A stretch of DNA of 64,000 nucleotides from Azolla caroliniana (lineage: Eukaryota > Plantae > Polypodiophyta), in contig JBHGNT010000015.1 of assembly GCA_043228905.1 (NCBI GenBank), positions 15,748,001 through 15,812,000 on the forward strand, in the 5' to 3' direction. Shown here one piece after another: positions 1-13,381 of the stretch (positions are counted from its first letter, which is position 1; each line of letters begins with the position of its first letter). Below the pieces are notes generated by a model. That model worked only from the letters and a program-made list of their open reading frames with translations, ran no database searches and was not told the origin of the DNA. The translations under genes were made by a program, and so were the position numbers.

Positions 1-2816
1 TGATGTAAAAAGTATATAGGAAGTCCATCAATTCCTGCACATATTTGTTTGTTCCTATCCCCAATAGCGCCCTAGAATTCATGCATACCTATAGGGGTAT
101 TTAGTTAGTCCATCATCTTAGTTGTAACTTTCCTTGGTATCCTATTTATTATATTTCTAAAGGCAACCTGATCAACTTCATTGCATACCTTTAGTAGTTG
201 AGTATAATAGCTTGTGGCTATTTCAAGCATTTCCTATTTGCATGTGGTCGTTGTGCCATCTATCTTTTTTAAGCATGAAGGTTGAATATTGGATCCTTTG
301 CATTTAACAGATTCAAAAAATCCTTTAGTAACCTGATCTCCTACCCTCATCCAGTTGGTTGCCTTACTTCGATAGGCATAGGTACTCCTAAGTTTTTGGT
401 ACATCTCTAATTTGCTTTTGGCCTCCTCTAGTTGAGCCTCAATCCATACATTATGTGGGTATACTTCTCTTAGTCGTTGCATAGAAGAGAGGGACCATTG
501 CATTCTCTGCATTTTCTCCCTTATCTCTTTTCTAATTTCAATCGCTTTTTGTTGAAAAAACCCTACACATGCCTCAAGTTTCCCAGCCAACCTATGAGCA
601 GGGTCAAGATACCTCCGTTTGATATTAGACCATATTTTCCATATATCATCGATCTGTTTAGTATCCATGACCAATTCTTTGCATACCTTCACATTATGTG
701 GCTTGCATCGATTGTTTTCTTGTATGTGCAACAGAATTGGGGCATGATCAGAGAACATTGTACTCAGACAAATAATGCATCTGCCTTTCCTATCCATGAG
801 TCGAGGGTCCAAATACCATCTGTCCAGCCTGGACATCGTCCTCCCATGCATGCTTCCTCCTCCTCTAGAGTATCGAAGAGATTTTTCTATCACATTATAT
901 GCTAAACAAATCTTATCCCATGCATCCTTCTCTGCCCCCTGCACCGTGCCATTTGCATTGCCTCTTCTATCTTCTGGATGCTCCATCATATTAAAGTCTC
1001 CTCCAATGATCCACAACTCAACATATGGTTTCTTAGCCACTAATTGCAACCAGAATTCTTGTCTTTCAACAACTGAATTTGGGGCATATATGTTTAGTAT
1101 GCCCAAGTGCCCACAACTATGTTTTATCCTTATGTAGACAGCACGACCCTCTATTAAACTCCCCCTGCCTATACAGTCAGCAGTAAACTTAGCTTTCATA
1201 GCTATAAGTACTCCCCCATGAATCTACTTATCCCCCATAGTTGCTGACCATGTAGTGGTTCAATTCCTAGGGCAAATGCTTCCAATTTTATCGATCTTAT
1301 CCCCATTTAGATGGTGCTCCTGCACCAAGATAATATCACGCACCACTGCCTCGGTGCAACGCCGAATTTCAGTAGCCAATACATCCTTTTTCATCTGGAA
1401 TTGGGTGCCACCAATTCCTTGTATATTCCAAGTCAGCAAGCTAAGATTCATATAACGTGCACCTTCTGAGGCCCTACCAATGCATTTTCTGCTTCCAATA
1501 TGGTAGCTAATATCCTATCTTGGAGATTTTCCTCTTCCAATTGTGTCAGCATTTCAGGGTTGTATACCATGAATTCCGTGATCAGTTTAGGAAGCTTCCT
1601 AAATTTCACATTTATGTAGCATATGCCTTGTTCATTCGCCTTGCCCGAACTCCAGATCAAGGCATCTTTCCATTGTCTTTTCATTTTCACCCCTATTGCG
1701 GTACCATATGATGAGTCCACATGAACATCCATTTGTTGTTCCAAACATCCAAGTGCTTCTTCTCTAGTGTGTGGTTCCTTATTTCCCAAGGCCAGAATAT
1801 AGGACAGACTAGCGATCCGTCCTTCATCAATACATTTACCATATATATTGACTCTACACATGTTGTCCTTATTCATCTCACTTCCACATATTTCCTTGAA
1901 CCACTTTTTGCCTGTCAGTTTTAGTTTGATCTATTGTCCAATATTTGAGAGGGGGGTCGCCTTGTATTGAAGGTTCCAGTTCACTCTTGGCCATTTACGC
2001 ATCCCTTTATTTTTTTCCATCCCCTTCACGTCCTCTTTTCTAGCACACATGTGCCTTTTCATTTTTGCTATCCCCTTAATATATTGGGATGTCACCACTG
2101 ACTCAGCTTGCTCTTTCAAGGGGCTTACGACCTATCCTACATTTAATTCTCCTACCTCATCCATACTTTCATGAAGCATCTGGTCAATATCATCCCCTAC
2201 CAAATTGTCTTCCTAGTGTAGTTTCTCCATATCATTAATTGCTTCCACATAATTGCTCTCATGAGTTGCCTTCGTTCTTGCTTCCCTTTCATTAGGTTTG
2301 TTTTCATTGTCCTCTATGGTTAAGAGTGCATATATTGTTTCTAAGTGGGAGCCATTCTTGTCCAACCATGACTTTTTGTTTGCCTTTATAGGTGTTATAT
2401 TTCCATCCATCTTCATTCTTACTCATTGCATGGTTTATTAGTTGATTATTCCATTGCATCATACTTGTTTTACTTTTCCACCCTTGCTTCTCATTTCCAT
2501 GATGCATGTTCTCCTTTCCTCTAGGGCATTCTCGGGCCCTATACCCCATCTGTCTACATGCAAAGCATTGCCCTAGGAGTCCCGCATACTCCACAGTTTG
2601 TACATGGTCAAACATTTGTTTACTGCTCAACAACATCAATTGCAGTAAGGTCTTTACATCCGAAACAATTAGTTTGATCCTCGGTGTTTCACTTATTCTC
2701 TCTGTAAGAGTTTTTTCCAAGCATTGACCTCCCATACTTTTGCCAATGGCCGGGAGAAAGGACTCCCATTGCTTAGGTAAACCAAGGAAAAAGGTTGTTG
2801 CCACTGTAGGATTGCC
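1..2816 (-). mobile_element. Decayed L1/Tx1-like LINE: ORF1 remnant with zinc knuckle (2304-2804) and 5' part of ORF2 with APE endonuclease (1451 to <234), frameshifted; continues off the window start
   Basis: ORF 2304..2804 has CFACRQMGYRARECP (degenerate CCHC knuckle). ORF 1260..1451 begins LLTWNIQG...LVQEHH. ORF 234..1199 has NIYAPN, WIIGGDFN, SRLDRWY and SDHAPI (APE motifs). Frameshifts and stops separate the pieces. Confidence 0.85.
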
Positions 2817-5762
2817 TATTCAAGCATAAGCTTTACACATGTCATTCAATTCGATATTGTTCTCGACAATGACCCTAAAATTAAGTCTAGAGAAATCGAA
2901 CGAGTTGTTAATGTAAACTTCCCACGCAATTTAAAAAGGTAAAGGATTGAAATATGTATCTATTAATATTGGACTTAAAAGAGTGAAGTAATAGAAAATA
3001 TTACGAGAAAATTAACATAAATGGGAAAACTTATGAGAAAATAATGTTATTTGGCACTTAATGCCTAGACTCTAGGTTAATGATAGTTATAATATTCAAT
3101 GAAAATGTCAGTAATTACATAATATTAATCTTAAACACCATACATAAGCTAAAAGTTTTGAAAAGTGTGTTTCTCACATTAACATTCACTTTCGCAAAAC
3201 TATGTTAATATGCTCGTCAACACCATCATATCCCCAACATCGATGAAAATTGTTATACATTGATATTAACTTTGCCCAACTATGATGAGATTAATACCTT
3301 GTCGATTGTTGTTGAGAAGGATTGGGTGGTGCAATGCCCTCTAGACGTTTAGTCGGGCAAGAAAGTATCACTCCTCAACCTCTCGCATGCATTGATGGAT
3401 TAATTAATTCACATAGGTGAAACCTCGAATTCTATACTCACTTTTACTCACAAAACACTTAATACAAAGAAATGCCTCAAGGCTTACCTTAATCGATTAT
3501 TTAATTGACACCTAATTAACAGATGACTTGAGATCAACCTAACCATGGTCATAATACAGAGCATCAATTCCTAATATAGATGCCTAATGCCCAAACTAGA
3601 GATTATAATGAGGGTCAAAGCTTAATATGTGTGTGTGTGTGTGTGTGCACGCACATGTGTGTGAGCTATAACTTGCAAAGTGAAGAAGAATTAAAAGGTT
3701 TATAATTTCACCTTTATGCCTAGTGTACATATTATAGTTGTGGCCCTTTTTGTGTTTCTAAATCTTGATCTTAAGATTCCTCTAGTTTGTCCCTCTTGGT
3801 ATAACACTTAACTTGGGTACCAATCTCAACTTTGCCGCATGAAGTAATGAACATGAGGTGTACAACATTTACTTAACATACATCTTGGCCCCTTTTTATA
3901 AGTATTTATGATATTTGGAGTTTTTTTCTTTTGTGATAAGTCCTACTATAAAAACGAGCAATTTTTATAGCAAGAGATTAAATAAAAAATGAGCAATTTG
4001 GTTGAGTAACTTCAAAGTACAATATCTTTAGTACCATCAATGGGGTATAATTATACAAATCCAAATGTTAAATATGTGTACATAAACAACATTAGGATGA
4101 AGTTGAAACACGCTTGAAATATCATAGCCCAAACTTATTGCACCAATGACCATTGTTGCGTCTTAAATCTAGCGAGGACACCGTATGTATTGAATATAAT
4201 ATCAATATACTTTGTAACGTCATTGTTAGGTCCAAATTCAAGTTAGGACACCTTATGTGCCAACATTCTTTGTCGGCGGACAAGGGGTTCCCAAGTCCGC
4301 ATTTTGCAATAATGTTCATGAATGATTGTAGCGTAATGTCATGACTCGTGGGTTTGACATTCAAAAACATACTCTTATGTTTTCTTCCTTGAAATTTTTG
4401 AAAATCGATAATATGCATTCGATGGCTAAAAATGATGTATTTTTTTGCATTGTTTTGATTGGACTCGTAGATAATACTAGAGGATAATAGAGTCATTGCT
4501 TTGGTCCAGATTGGCTCCTTCATAGATTTGAACATGTTTTGCCTTCTTCTTTGACAATCATAACCTTGGGGACTCGATCAATGTACTTTGAAAATAAAAA
4601 ATGGACCTATATATGTATTTGAAAGAAAAACACTTACCACAATTTATTGCTACTTGTCACATTTGATCAATACATTATATCTAAACTTTCATGAAATGAC
4701 ACACAATTTCATATCGTCCACGCAATAATAAAAGATAGATATTAAATATCAACGAAGTCATAGTTGAACAGTGAACTCTTGCTAGCCTCTATTTTACTTA
4801 CATCTGGAATCATTTTATGAAGTGTTGTGATTTTACAAAAAGTTGGATTTTAAAAGTTATAATACAAATTATATGGAGTTTTGGAAAGGTCCTCAACCAT
4901 GACTTTGGTGATGAAATGCACACTAACTAAGTTAGGTCAAGTAAATCAAAATATGGTGCCAACTTCCAAAGCATTGACAAGTAGATAAGAAATATGCCAT
5001 ACCTATATACTTACAATGCGTACTTACTTTATATAAATTTAAGAGACAACTGGAGTATCGATCGAAAACAAAGCAATGAATCTATTTATGACAAATAGAC
5101 AAAGATTTAAGCTATAGGATGACTGCATAATAACGGGTGTTTATAAAGACATAAAACGGTTTGTGTGATAACAAACTTGAAAACAAACAATATGAGCAAG
5201 CATAAATACATTAAATTGGAGATGATAAAAATACGAAGACATATTAAAAGTCAATCAAACCTTTTGTATTTGTGGTCTACTTTTTTCTAGGCCGGAATTC
5301 GTCAAAAAAGGTGGTTGCAATTTGGAATGCCAATGTCAAATGGTGTTCGATGAGTGTCGACATCATGCGTGACGTGACACTCCTTTTTTCTTTTCTACGT
5401 TCATTGTAATGACAAAGGAAAAAGAATTGAAATTGCCACACCACAATGACATTGGTGTGTGTGTGTGTGTGTGTGTGTAAGAAAAAAATTCGGGAAAATA
5501 CGTGTATGACATAGATGAGTTTGATCAAAGATTGGTTGCCAGCCGCATGAAAAACGAGATAAATCACGTAAATTGCATCATATAAAATGATTAAAAAAAT
5601 TCGGTGAGGATATATGAATATTAGACTTTCTCGACAAGAATAAGGAACTTGGCTTCACCGAATTGCGAGGATTACAATATTCTCGAGAGGTTGTTATCTT
5701 ATTAGGTAGCGAATAAGCCTCGGATGAATTTTATGCTTCTTAAATTAGTTATTAATATCAAG

Positions 5763-5887
5763 AATCTGGAACCGTAAGAACCGAGAGGACGAGAAGCCGA
5801 AGGAGCTACTTTCACTTCCCAAGCAATCTGGGGACTTCCGGAACCGTAAGAACCGAGAGGACGAGAAGCCGAAGCAGCTACTTTCAA
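5763..5887. repeat. Direct repeat pair (~50-bp core GGAACCGTAAGAACCGAGAGGACGAGAAGCCGAAG-AGCTACTTTCA)
   Basis: Two near-identical copies starting near 5768 and 5840. Confidence 0.8.
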
Positions 5888-5954
5888 TTCTTAGTGATCT
5901 GGCTTTTTTCTGGGGAGTTCCATCTTCATCTTCAAGTTTCAAATTGTTTTTGGG

Positions 5955-6062
5955 GGGTTTGGTTCGGTTTAAGTTACAATTTTTAATCAAAAGGTTCGGT
6001 TTAAACCGGTCCGGGTTTAAGGCTTTCGAACCGAACCGAACCGAACCGAACCGAACCGGTGC
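5955..6062. repeat. AACCG/CGGTT-rich repeat, probable subterminal remnant of a non-autonomous DNA transposon
   Basis: (GAACC)n run at ~6028-6057 plus GGTTCGGTTT copies; the same motif family occurs at 47720-48066. Confidence 0.5.
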
Positions 6063-6896
6063 TAAAAAGAAAGAAAGAAAAAGAGGAGGTGAGGAGAAGG
6101 AAAAGGATGTACTCTGTTTTTCTCTATGTATGAAAGATTTTTCCTGGAACCCAACAGAGAGAAAGACAGACAGAGACATAGTCAGAGCTTTTGGAAGAAG
6201 AAATAAAGAAAGACAGACAGACAGACTAGTCTCATTGCACACAGTAGTTCTCTTCCTCTCCTTTGTTTGTTTGTCTGTCTGTCTGTCTGTCTGTCTCAAC
6301 CATAAGATTGCTAAGCTCAGCATATTGCAGAACAGGAATAAAAAACAGAGCCTTTCTCAGCCATTGGTAGATACACACAGTAGGAGAGAGAGAGAGAGGA
6401 TTTAGAATCCATTAAGAATAAGAAGAAAGCCCAAAGTCCCCTGTTACTTCTTATTTGTTTTCTTTTCTTCAGCATTCGACCCATTGATTGTTATGGTTTT
6501 GTTTTTGTTGATCCATTGCTAGATAGAGCGATTGGAGATTGAGATATTAGGATTCACGGTGCCATTGATCAAGGGAGCTAGATTTGAGATATTTCCCTTT
6601 TCTTATCAGGACTCAAGCTGCCTTTGATCAATAAATATACTCGTTTTTTTTAATTCCTCAAGCAAAGAATTGAAAAAGAGCCCAAGGAATTGAGATATTA
6701 GGGGTTTTGATTTCTCAAACAAAGTATTGGATATCAACAAAGGAATTGAGATATTAGGGTTTTCAAGTCAACATTAAAAAGAGCCTAAAAGAACTGAGCT
6801 GTTTGATCATTTCTCTGGGTTCAATCAAAAATTTGAAAAGAATCAAAATTTGGATTGTGGGTTGAGTTTTCTTTGTTGATGTGGGGGATAAGTAAG

Positions 6897-9800
6897 ATGG
6901 ATCCTACAGCTTCTAAAAAGAAATCTCACATTGGGATGTATGAAGTCGGACGCACGCTTGGAGAAGGTCGATATGCAAAAGTGAAGCTTGGGCGGCACAT
7001 AGAGACGGGGAGCCAGGTCGCCATTAAGATCATGCAGAAGGATCGTCTCAGGAAGGCTGACAAGCTGGTCAGTCTTCTCCCTTTATATCCTCCTGAAAAC
7101 GCCCTAAAAACTAAACCTTGCATATGAAAACCCTAAAATTCAAAATGTTACATATAGGAAACCCCTAAATCATGTTGTTGTGGCTACTATATTGATCACA
7201 GGTTCGGCAGGAGATCTCTACAATGAAGCTCATAAAGCATCCACATGTAGTTCGACTCCTCGAGGTGAGCCAAGTAGAAAGGATTGGGCAAATTTATATT
7301 CATGAAAGCCCAAACGTAGACAATATCAACCTCTTACTATTTTATGAGTCCTAGAAAATTCTTGTAAAAATTCTGCAAATCTTTTGAAAATATTCATCTT
7401 TAGGAATGACACAAATTTTCAAAAGCCTTGCAAAATACGAAGCCATGTTGTCAAACGTTTTTCCTATTCTATTCCCCTTTGGGTGGGAGTTGAGGCATTT
7501 GGTGCTTTATATTGGTGGGCTTTAACCTCTTCTTGCTCAATGTCATGCTATAGGTTATTGCGAGTAAGAAAAATGTGTACATTATCCTCGAGTATGTTCA
7601 TGGTGGCGAGCTTTTCGATAAAATAGTAAGTTTCTCTTGAACCTGGACTAGTTTAAATAGTGAATTCTATCTTTGCATTGGCTGATTGATTCCTTTTACA
7701 CTTATGCCTAAAGGTGGAAAAGGGAAGGTTGAGTGAGGATGATGCACGCAAATACTTCCGACAGCTCATTCGAGGTGTAGATTATTGCCATAGCAGGGGA
7801 GTCTATCACAGGGACCTCAAGGTATTGTCTGAACTCAGTTATAAATGCTGGCTGTCTGTGCATTTTTTCTGAGATCTTGATATATGTATATACATATACA
7901 TTTATGACATTTGCATATTGCCTTACAATCTCTGCATGTTGTTGAGAGCTTGTCATATGTGTGTGTGTGTGTGTACGCGCGCACGCTCTGTGTGTCAAGC
8001 TATGCTAACGTGTCTTACTTTTTGCTTTGGGCAGCCTGAAAATTTGTTACTGGATAGCGTTGGCAACTTGAAGATTTCTGATTTTGGTCTAAGTGTTCTA
8101 TCTCATCAACAACGGGTATGCATTCTTTTCCATTTACATGCACATGTATGCTGTGAGGCTCCTTGAAATTTCAAAGTCTCTCAATACATGAACAGAAGGT
8201 CTTATGTTGACTATTGCACATTCCTAATATTGTGACTATTCTTTGTACAGGATGATGGCCTGTTTCATACCACATGCGGGACACCCAGTTATGTAGCTCC
8301 TGAGGTACTGTTCTTTTTAGTCCTACATTTGATTTTTGACAAAACGTTTCATTTGCAGAAATAGATTTATTTATGTACCTTCTTGTTTTTTACACACTTA
8401 TAGGTTTTGGATGGAAAAGGGTATGAGGGTGCCCCGGCAGATTTATGGTCCTGTGGTATCATCTTGTATGTATTACTAGCTGGAACATTACCCTTTAATG
8501 ATTCAAACCTTAGCAATCTATCATTGAAGGTATATAAGTTTGGATGCTCACCTTGATATGTGAGCACATGGGCAAAGTTAATTTATCTTGCTTTTAACCG
8601 AACATTTGTTACCTACTTGTGTTTGGTTCTAAATGGAGCTTGCTTATGCCAGATACATAAAGCTGAGCTTGATTTCTCTTCGACTTTCCCAACCGAACCT
8701 CGAGAGTTGATCAGAAAACTGCTGGATCCTAATCCAAAAACGGTAAGAGTATATTTCTTTACATGATTCTCATGCTTATTCCTGCTCTTTCTTACATATG
8801 TATATTTTCTATGTATGTTTTGGATGACAGCGCTTGACTATTCAAGGGGTATTTGAGAATGAATGGTTCAAGGCTGGGGAGTTGCTCGAGACAGAGACAT
8901 TTGATGACCTTCAATTGTGCCCTGCCATTGATGACGATGTAAAAACCAACTAGCACTTCATTAAGGATGTTTGTTGTGTTGTCTGCAATGCGTGTATATT
9001 TATATAATATTTGAATTTTGTATTTGTAAGTGTATGTGTACATGTACATACGTATACATACAGATATGTGCATGCACACATGTTTCATATTTATATGCTA
9101 CATGTATACATTCATGCACATATTTACATGATTACATAACATAACATTATATGTGTTGACATTGTTAATCATTATGTGTTGGTTTATCAGCTCATGCAAG
9201 ATGTGCCGATAGGAGATAGCAGACCTGTTCTGATGAACGCATTCGAGATCATTTTAGCCTTGTCAGAGGGTCTAGATTTGTCGGGGCTTTTCATTGAAAA
9301 AGAGGTACATATTTAAATGCCTTCGAATAAAGGATGTTGTCTCAACTTCATCATGAGCTGAATAAATTCATTGATTTTGTATGCAGGAAACACATAAGAA
9401 AGAAGCCAAATTTGCCTCCACGCATCCCGCAAATGAGATCATGCTTAAAATCGAGGAATTTGCCAGGGGCCTTGATTATAGAGTGTGGAGCAAAAATTAC
9501 AAGGTATAGTATCTCCGTTTATGATAGGAAAACGATAACAATTCCTGCTTTTGGTTGCAAACTATCATAGTTTTTTAGAATTGCCATTTGTTGATCAGTT
9601 ATGGAAAATGAATTTGTGAAGCCATTATTTCTACAAGAAAAGCGTCAGCAGAAGTATGAATACTAAATGCTTTTTACAACGCATACAACATAAGACTAGA
9701 AACATTGAAAGAAGAGGGTACACATGCACTCTTAGATATCCTTGGAAACATGAAAAGCATGCACGGATTGTGACTGAAAACCTGAATGCTCAATATGAGT

Positions 9801-10687
9801 GGGAATTAGATTGACCATAATAAATATCTATATTATCAGAGCCAGTGCTCAGAAAAAGGAGTTGCCATTCACTAAAAAATGGTGATTGAGAATTTGAATT
9901 TGTGGGATGGGAACAAAATCCTACAGAAATATGTGAAATTTCTGCTAGAAATCCAATAGAGTTTCTATTATTTCATAGCAAAGAGAAAAAGTCTGCTGAA
10001 CAATTTTCCAAAGATTGTTATCTATCTATCTGTATATATATAAATATTGTTATCTATCTCTCTATCTACATATGTTAACAATCTTATTGTCTCTATATGT
10101 GGGACTGTGTGAAAAGCATTTATGGTTATGCCAATATCTTAATTCTACTTATGTGTAGTGCAGATGAATCTACTGAGCTCTAAGCCAGGAAGGAAGGGCT
10201 TCATATCGATTTCAATAGAGGTACATAATGCAAACACTTTTGAGTAGAGCTTACTTACATATAACATTACTTCTCAGAAATTTAAGAACACACTGATTTA
10301 ATGTCTATCTATCTATATCTATCAACTCACAGGTCTTGGAGGTCACACCATCTCTGTTCATGGTAGACATGCACAAAACCAATGGTGACACATTAGAGTA
10401 CTGTGATGTGAGTAAACATTCAATGCAAACCTTACAAACTATAAAAGACCAAAAACCCTGAAAGCCCAAAATCTGTGCCCTAAACTCGAAACCGTTTGAA
10501 CCCTAACCCTAACCTTATCCCCTATAAAAACTAAACCCCAACCCCTAACTCTGAAACTTAATCTCTGATCTCAAAGTTCTAAGCACTAAAACTTTGTGGT
10601 TCTATTTTGCAGTTCCAACAAAAGCTGTCCGTAGGATTGAAGGACATTGTATGGAGGGCAGAGGAGACCACAGAGTCTCAAGTGTGA
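6897..10687 (+). CDS. CIPK: CBL-interacting Ser/Thr protein kinase (SnRK3/CIPK, intron-rich clade), ~436 aa, 14 exons
   Basis: Exons 6897-7067, 7202-7264, 7554-7625, 7714-7821, 8035-8115, 8251-8304, 8404-8529, 8653-8742, 8831-8938, 9191-9304, 9387-9503, 10164-10220, 10333-10407, 10613-10687; all GT-AG, phase 0. Motifs: [43 protein letters not shown], the NAF motif (MNAFEII) and C-terminal GDTLEY...LKDIVW. Confidence 0.95.
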
Positions 10688-12173
10688 TTTTGTTTGTCTG
10701 GATCATGCATAACTCCTTTGCCCACGCGGCTCAAATAAAAAGAATCCAAAGAGAAATTCACAAAGATAAAAAGCATCCGCAAAAGTCCGATTCAGGGCTG
10801 AGCAGCAGTGATGGATCGACAATGGTAATTTCTCGGGTCATCGAAATAGAAACACACCTGACATTTTGTACATTGGAATGAGTTTTCGAAGGCAAAACTC
10901 CCTTCAGACTCTGCATTTGTAAGAGGTGGTGGATTTGCAAACCCACACACGATTGAGTTCCTTTCTTTGTATACCTTTCCCATTATTCATTTATTCTTGG
11001 AAGGAGAGATTGGCTTCTAATTCTTCCTGACCATTCTACCACCCATCATAACCAGTGTGCAAATTGTTTTGCTTTTCTTGAGGTCATCGAAATTCATGAT
11101 AGCCCCCCATTCCGTACTTCCCTTGGTTGACTGTTTCTTTATTAATATGCTTCAAAAAAATAATGATGCTAATAAAAACGACTTGTGTTTGATATCAAGA
11201 CTTTTTGTGATGCTATGTTATATGCCGCCACAATGTGAACTTTCTTTTGAACATAACATGTGGATGAAAGTAGGAAAACTAGCAACAAGAGTAGATCATT
11301 TAGAGAAGTTATGTTAATCCATGTTAGTGTGTTCTTGATTGTCTTATAGTCACCTTTTGATGGGCATTGGATTTTTACACCCCTCAAGTTCAAACATTGG
11401 AGAGGAAACTATGCATCAAACGACAATGGGTATACATAAACTACATTGGACAAAACTGCAGTTATTAATGTAACTACACCTCACAAAGTGCTATATAGCC
11501 ATTTGAATACTTCATTGTGCACTTGAGATTGGATATAGAGAGGAAATTATTCTTGTATAACTATAATTGTAATGGAATGAGAATTGATGTTGGGCACCTT
11601 CAATATATCTTAATATCCATAAGTTCTCGAATACTAATGATGTACATATTATATATCCATGGGATTTGAGTAAAAGAGTAAGAGGGTGCATGGTATAATA
11701 TTGTTAGAGTACATACCATGCATCAACAAGTGATACATGAGGTATGTCCTTGAGCTTGGACACAAACGATGTTGAAAATGACTATGTAATAAAAATTTGT
11801 AGCACTACATGATTCTTTACTTATTTTCACTTGAGATGGTATGCATGTGGCTAACTTTATTGTTATGTGTCTATATTCACTTGGGATGGTATGTGGTGGT
11901 CATCCATCGCAATGTGCACATTTTGGGTAGCCATACACTCCACCATATTGGACTAAGGCCAATGGTGTACAAGGATACTCCATGGGGTAGACTTACATAC
12001 AAGGGGATACTAGATTAAATAAGATCAGAAATATTTACAATCAAGAAACCATTTATCAATTGGTTCATTCATTACATGCATGTTGGTTCATTGCATTCAT
12101 TACTTTGTTGAAACCAAAGTGAAAAAAATACTATATTTTTTCTTACTATTGCCTTTGGATAGGATATATACTA

Positions 12174-12456
12174 TGGAAAAGTACCAGGATATGCCTAGAA
12201 GTTCGTCTATTTACCAGAATGCCCCTAGAAGTTCCAAATTTACCAAACTACCCCTATGCCCAAAAAATTACACTTTATAAAGTAATTATACACTCAAATC
12301 TACAAGCCCTATTTACCAAAGATGGAAGAAATGGACTCGGACTAGCCTTATTTACCAAATATTTGAGTGTATAATTACTTTATAAAGTGTAATTTTTTGG
12401 ACATAGGGGTAGTTTGGTAAATTTGGAACTTCCAAGGGTATCCTGGTACTTTTCCC
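12174..12456. mobile_element. Mutator-like MITE (~283 bp) with long TIRs and a 9-bp TSD
   Basis: Ends (T)GGAAAAGTACCAGGATA... / ...TATCCTGGTACTTTTCCC. Inner ~75-bp near-perfect inverted repeat (~12225-12298 vs ~12362-12431). TATATACTA is duplicated at 12165-12173 and 12457-12465. Confidence 0.9.
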
Positions 12457-13220
12457 TATATACTATTATCTTTTGGGGGAGCATCTAATAAGTGACCCAC
12501 AATTCAGATTTGGCTACATAAAGAATTTGGTAAATAAGATAATTTAACTATACAAATCCCATTTTTCTTAATTGTTTATATGATGCGGGCACCAAGTGCT
12601 TTGAGTACCTATAGCTCCAAGTTTTGAGGCATTTGACATGTATTGAGAACATCAAATTTGCCAAAATTAGTATGTGCAAAGTACAACTCCCTTCCCCACA
12701 TGGTATCTCTTAATTAGGCACAATAGCTTTACCAAATGGAATATGATGGGCTCTCAAATTACAAATACATATGATGTTAGATTTGGGAAGTTGTGGGTGT
12801 AATGCATTCTTGACACATTTACATTTTCAGTTTTTTTGCGGCTGCACCATACATGAATAGAAGTCCATCCAACCTATTATTATGTGCCGTATGTATAACA
12901 CATGACAGTCCTAGTGTGTCTCTCAAACCATATAACACGATGATTAAAAGAGAGAGTAGAAAGTGAAGATTCAATGCATTTTCAGAGTGCGAAGAGCGCT
13001 AATGTTTGGCTAGATTCCAGACATTAGGGTTTGGGCGTTATCTAATCAATTATATCGAATTAGTGCATCGGTAGAGTGAGATCTTATTTTGTCATTAATT
13101 GTTGGTCGGAACAAAAAGTGTGGTCGATGTCTTGAGCATGTATGTGCCCATGAGGAGAAACAAGTTCTCATATTATCTTCTTCATTTTCACCTTTGTTTT
13201 GAACAACAAAAACCATAGCC

Positions 13221-13251
<31 letters not shown>

Positions 13252-13381
13252 CTTCTCCCATCTATGGATATGGTATATTCTTTTGATTCCCTGTCTTCTC
13301 CCCTTCTTTGGGTTTTTGTTCTGTTACCTCTTTGAAAAGCATTTTAGACGAATTAAGAGCAAAAATCCCCCCCCCCCCCCC

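Noticed and set aside
4122-4600. Possible decayed transposon coding sequence
   Set aside because: Looks like eroded coding DNA, but I could not identify a diagnostic motif in any frame.
5745-6405. 192-aa and 153-aa overlapping ORFs
   Set aside because: They derive from AACCG, AGAC and GA repeats upstream of CIPK and have no domain features.
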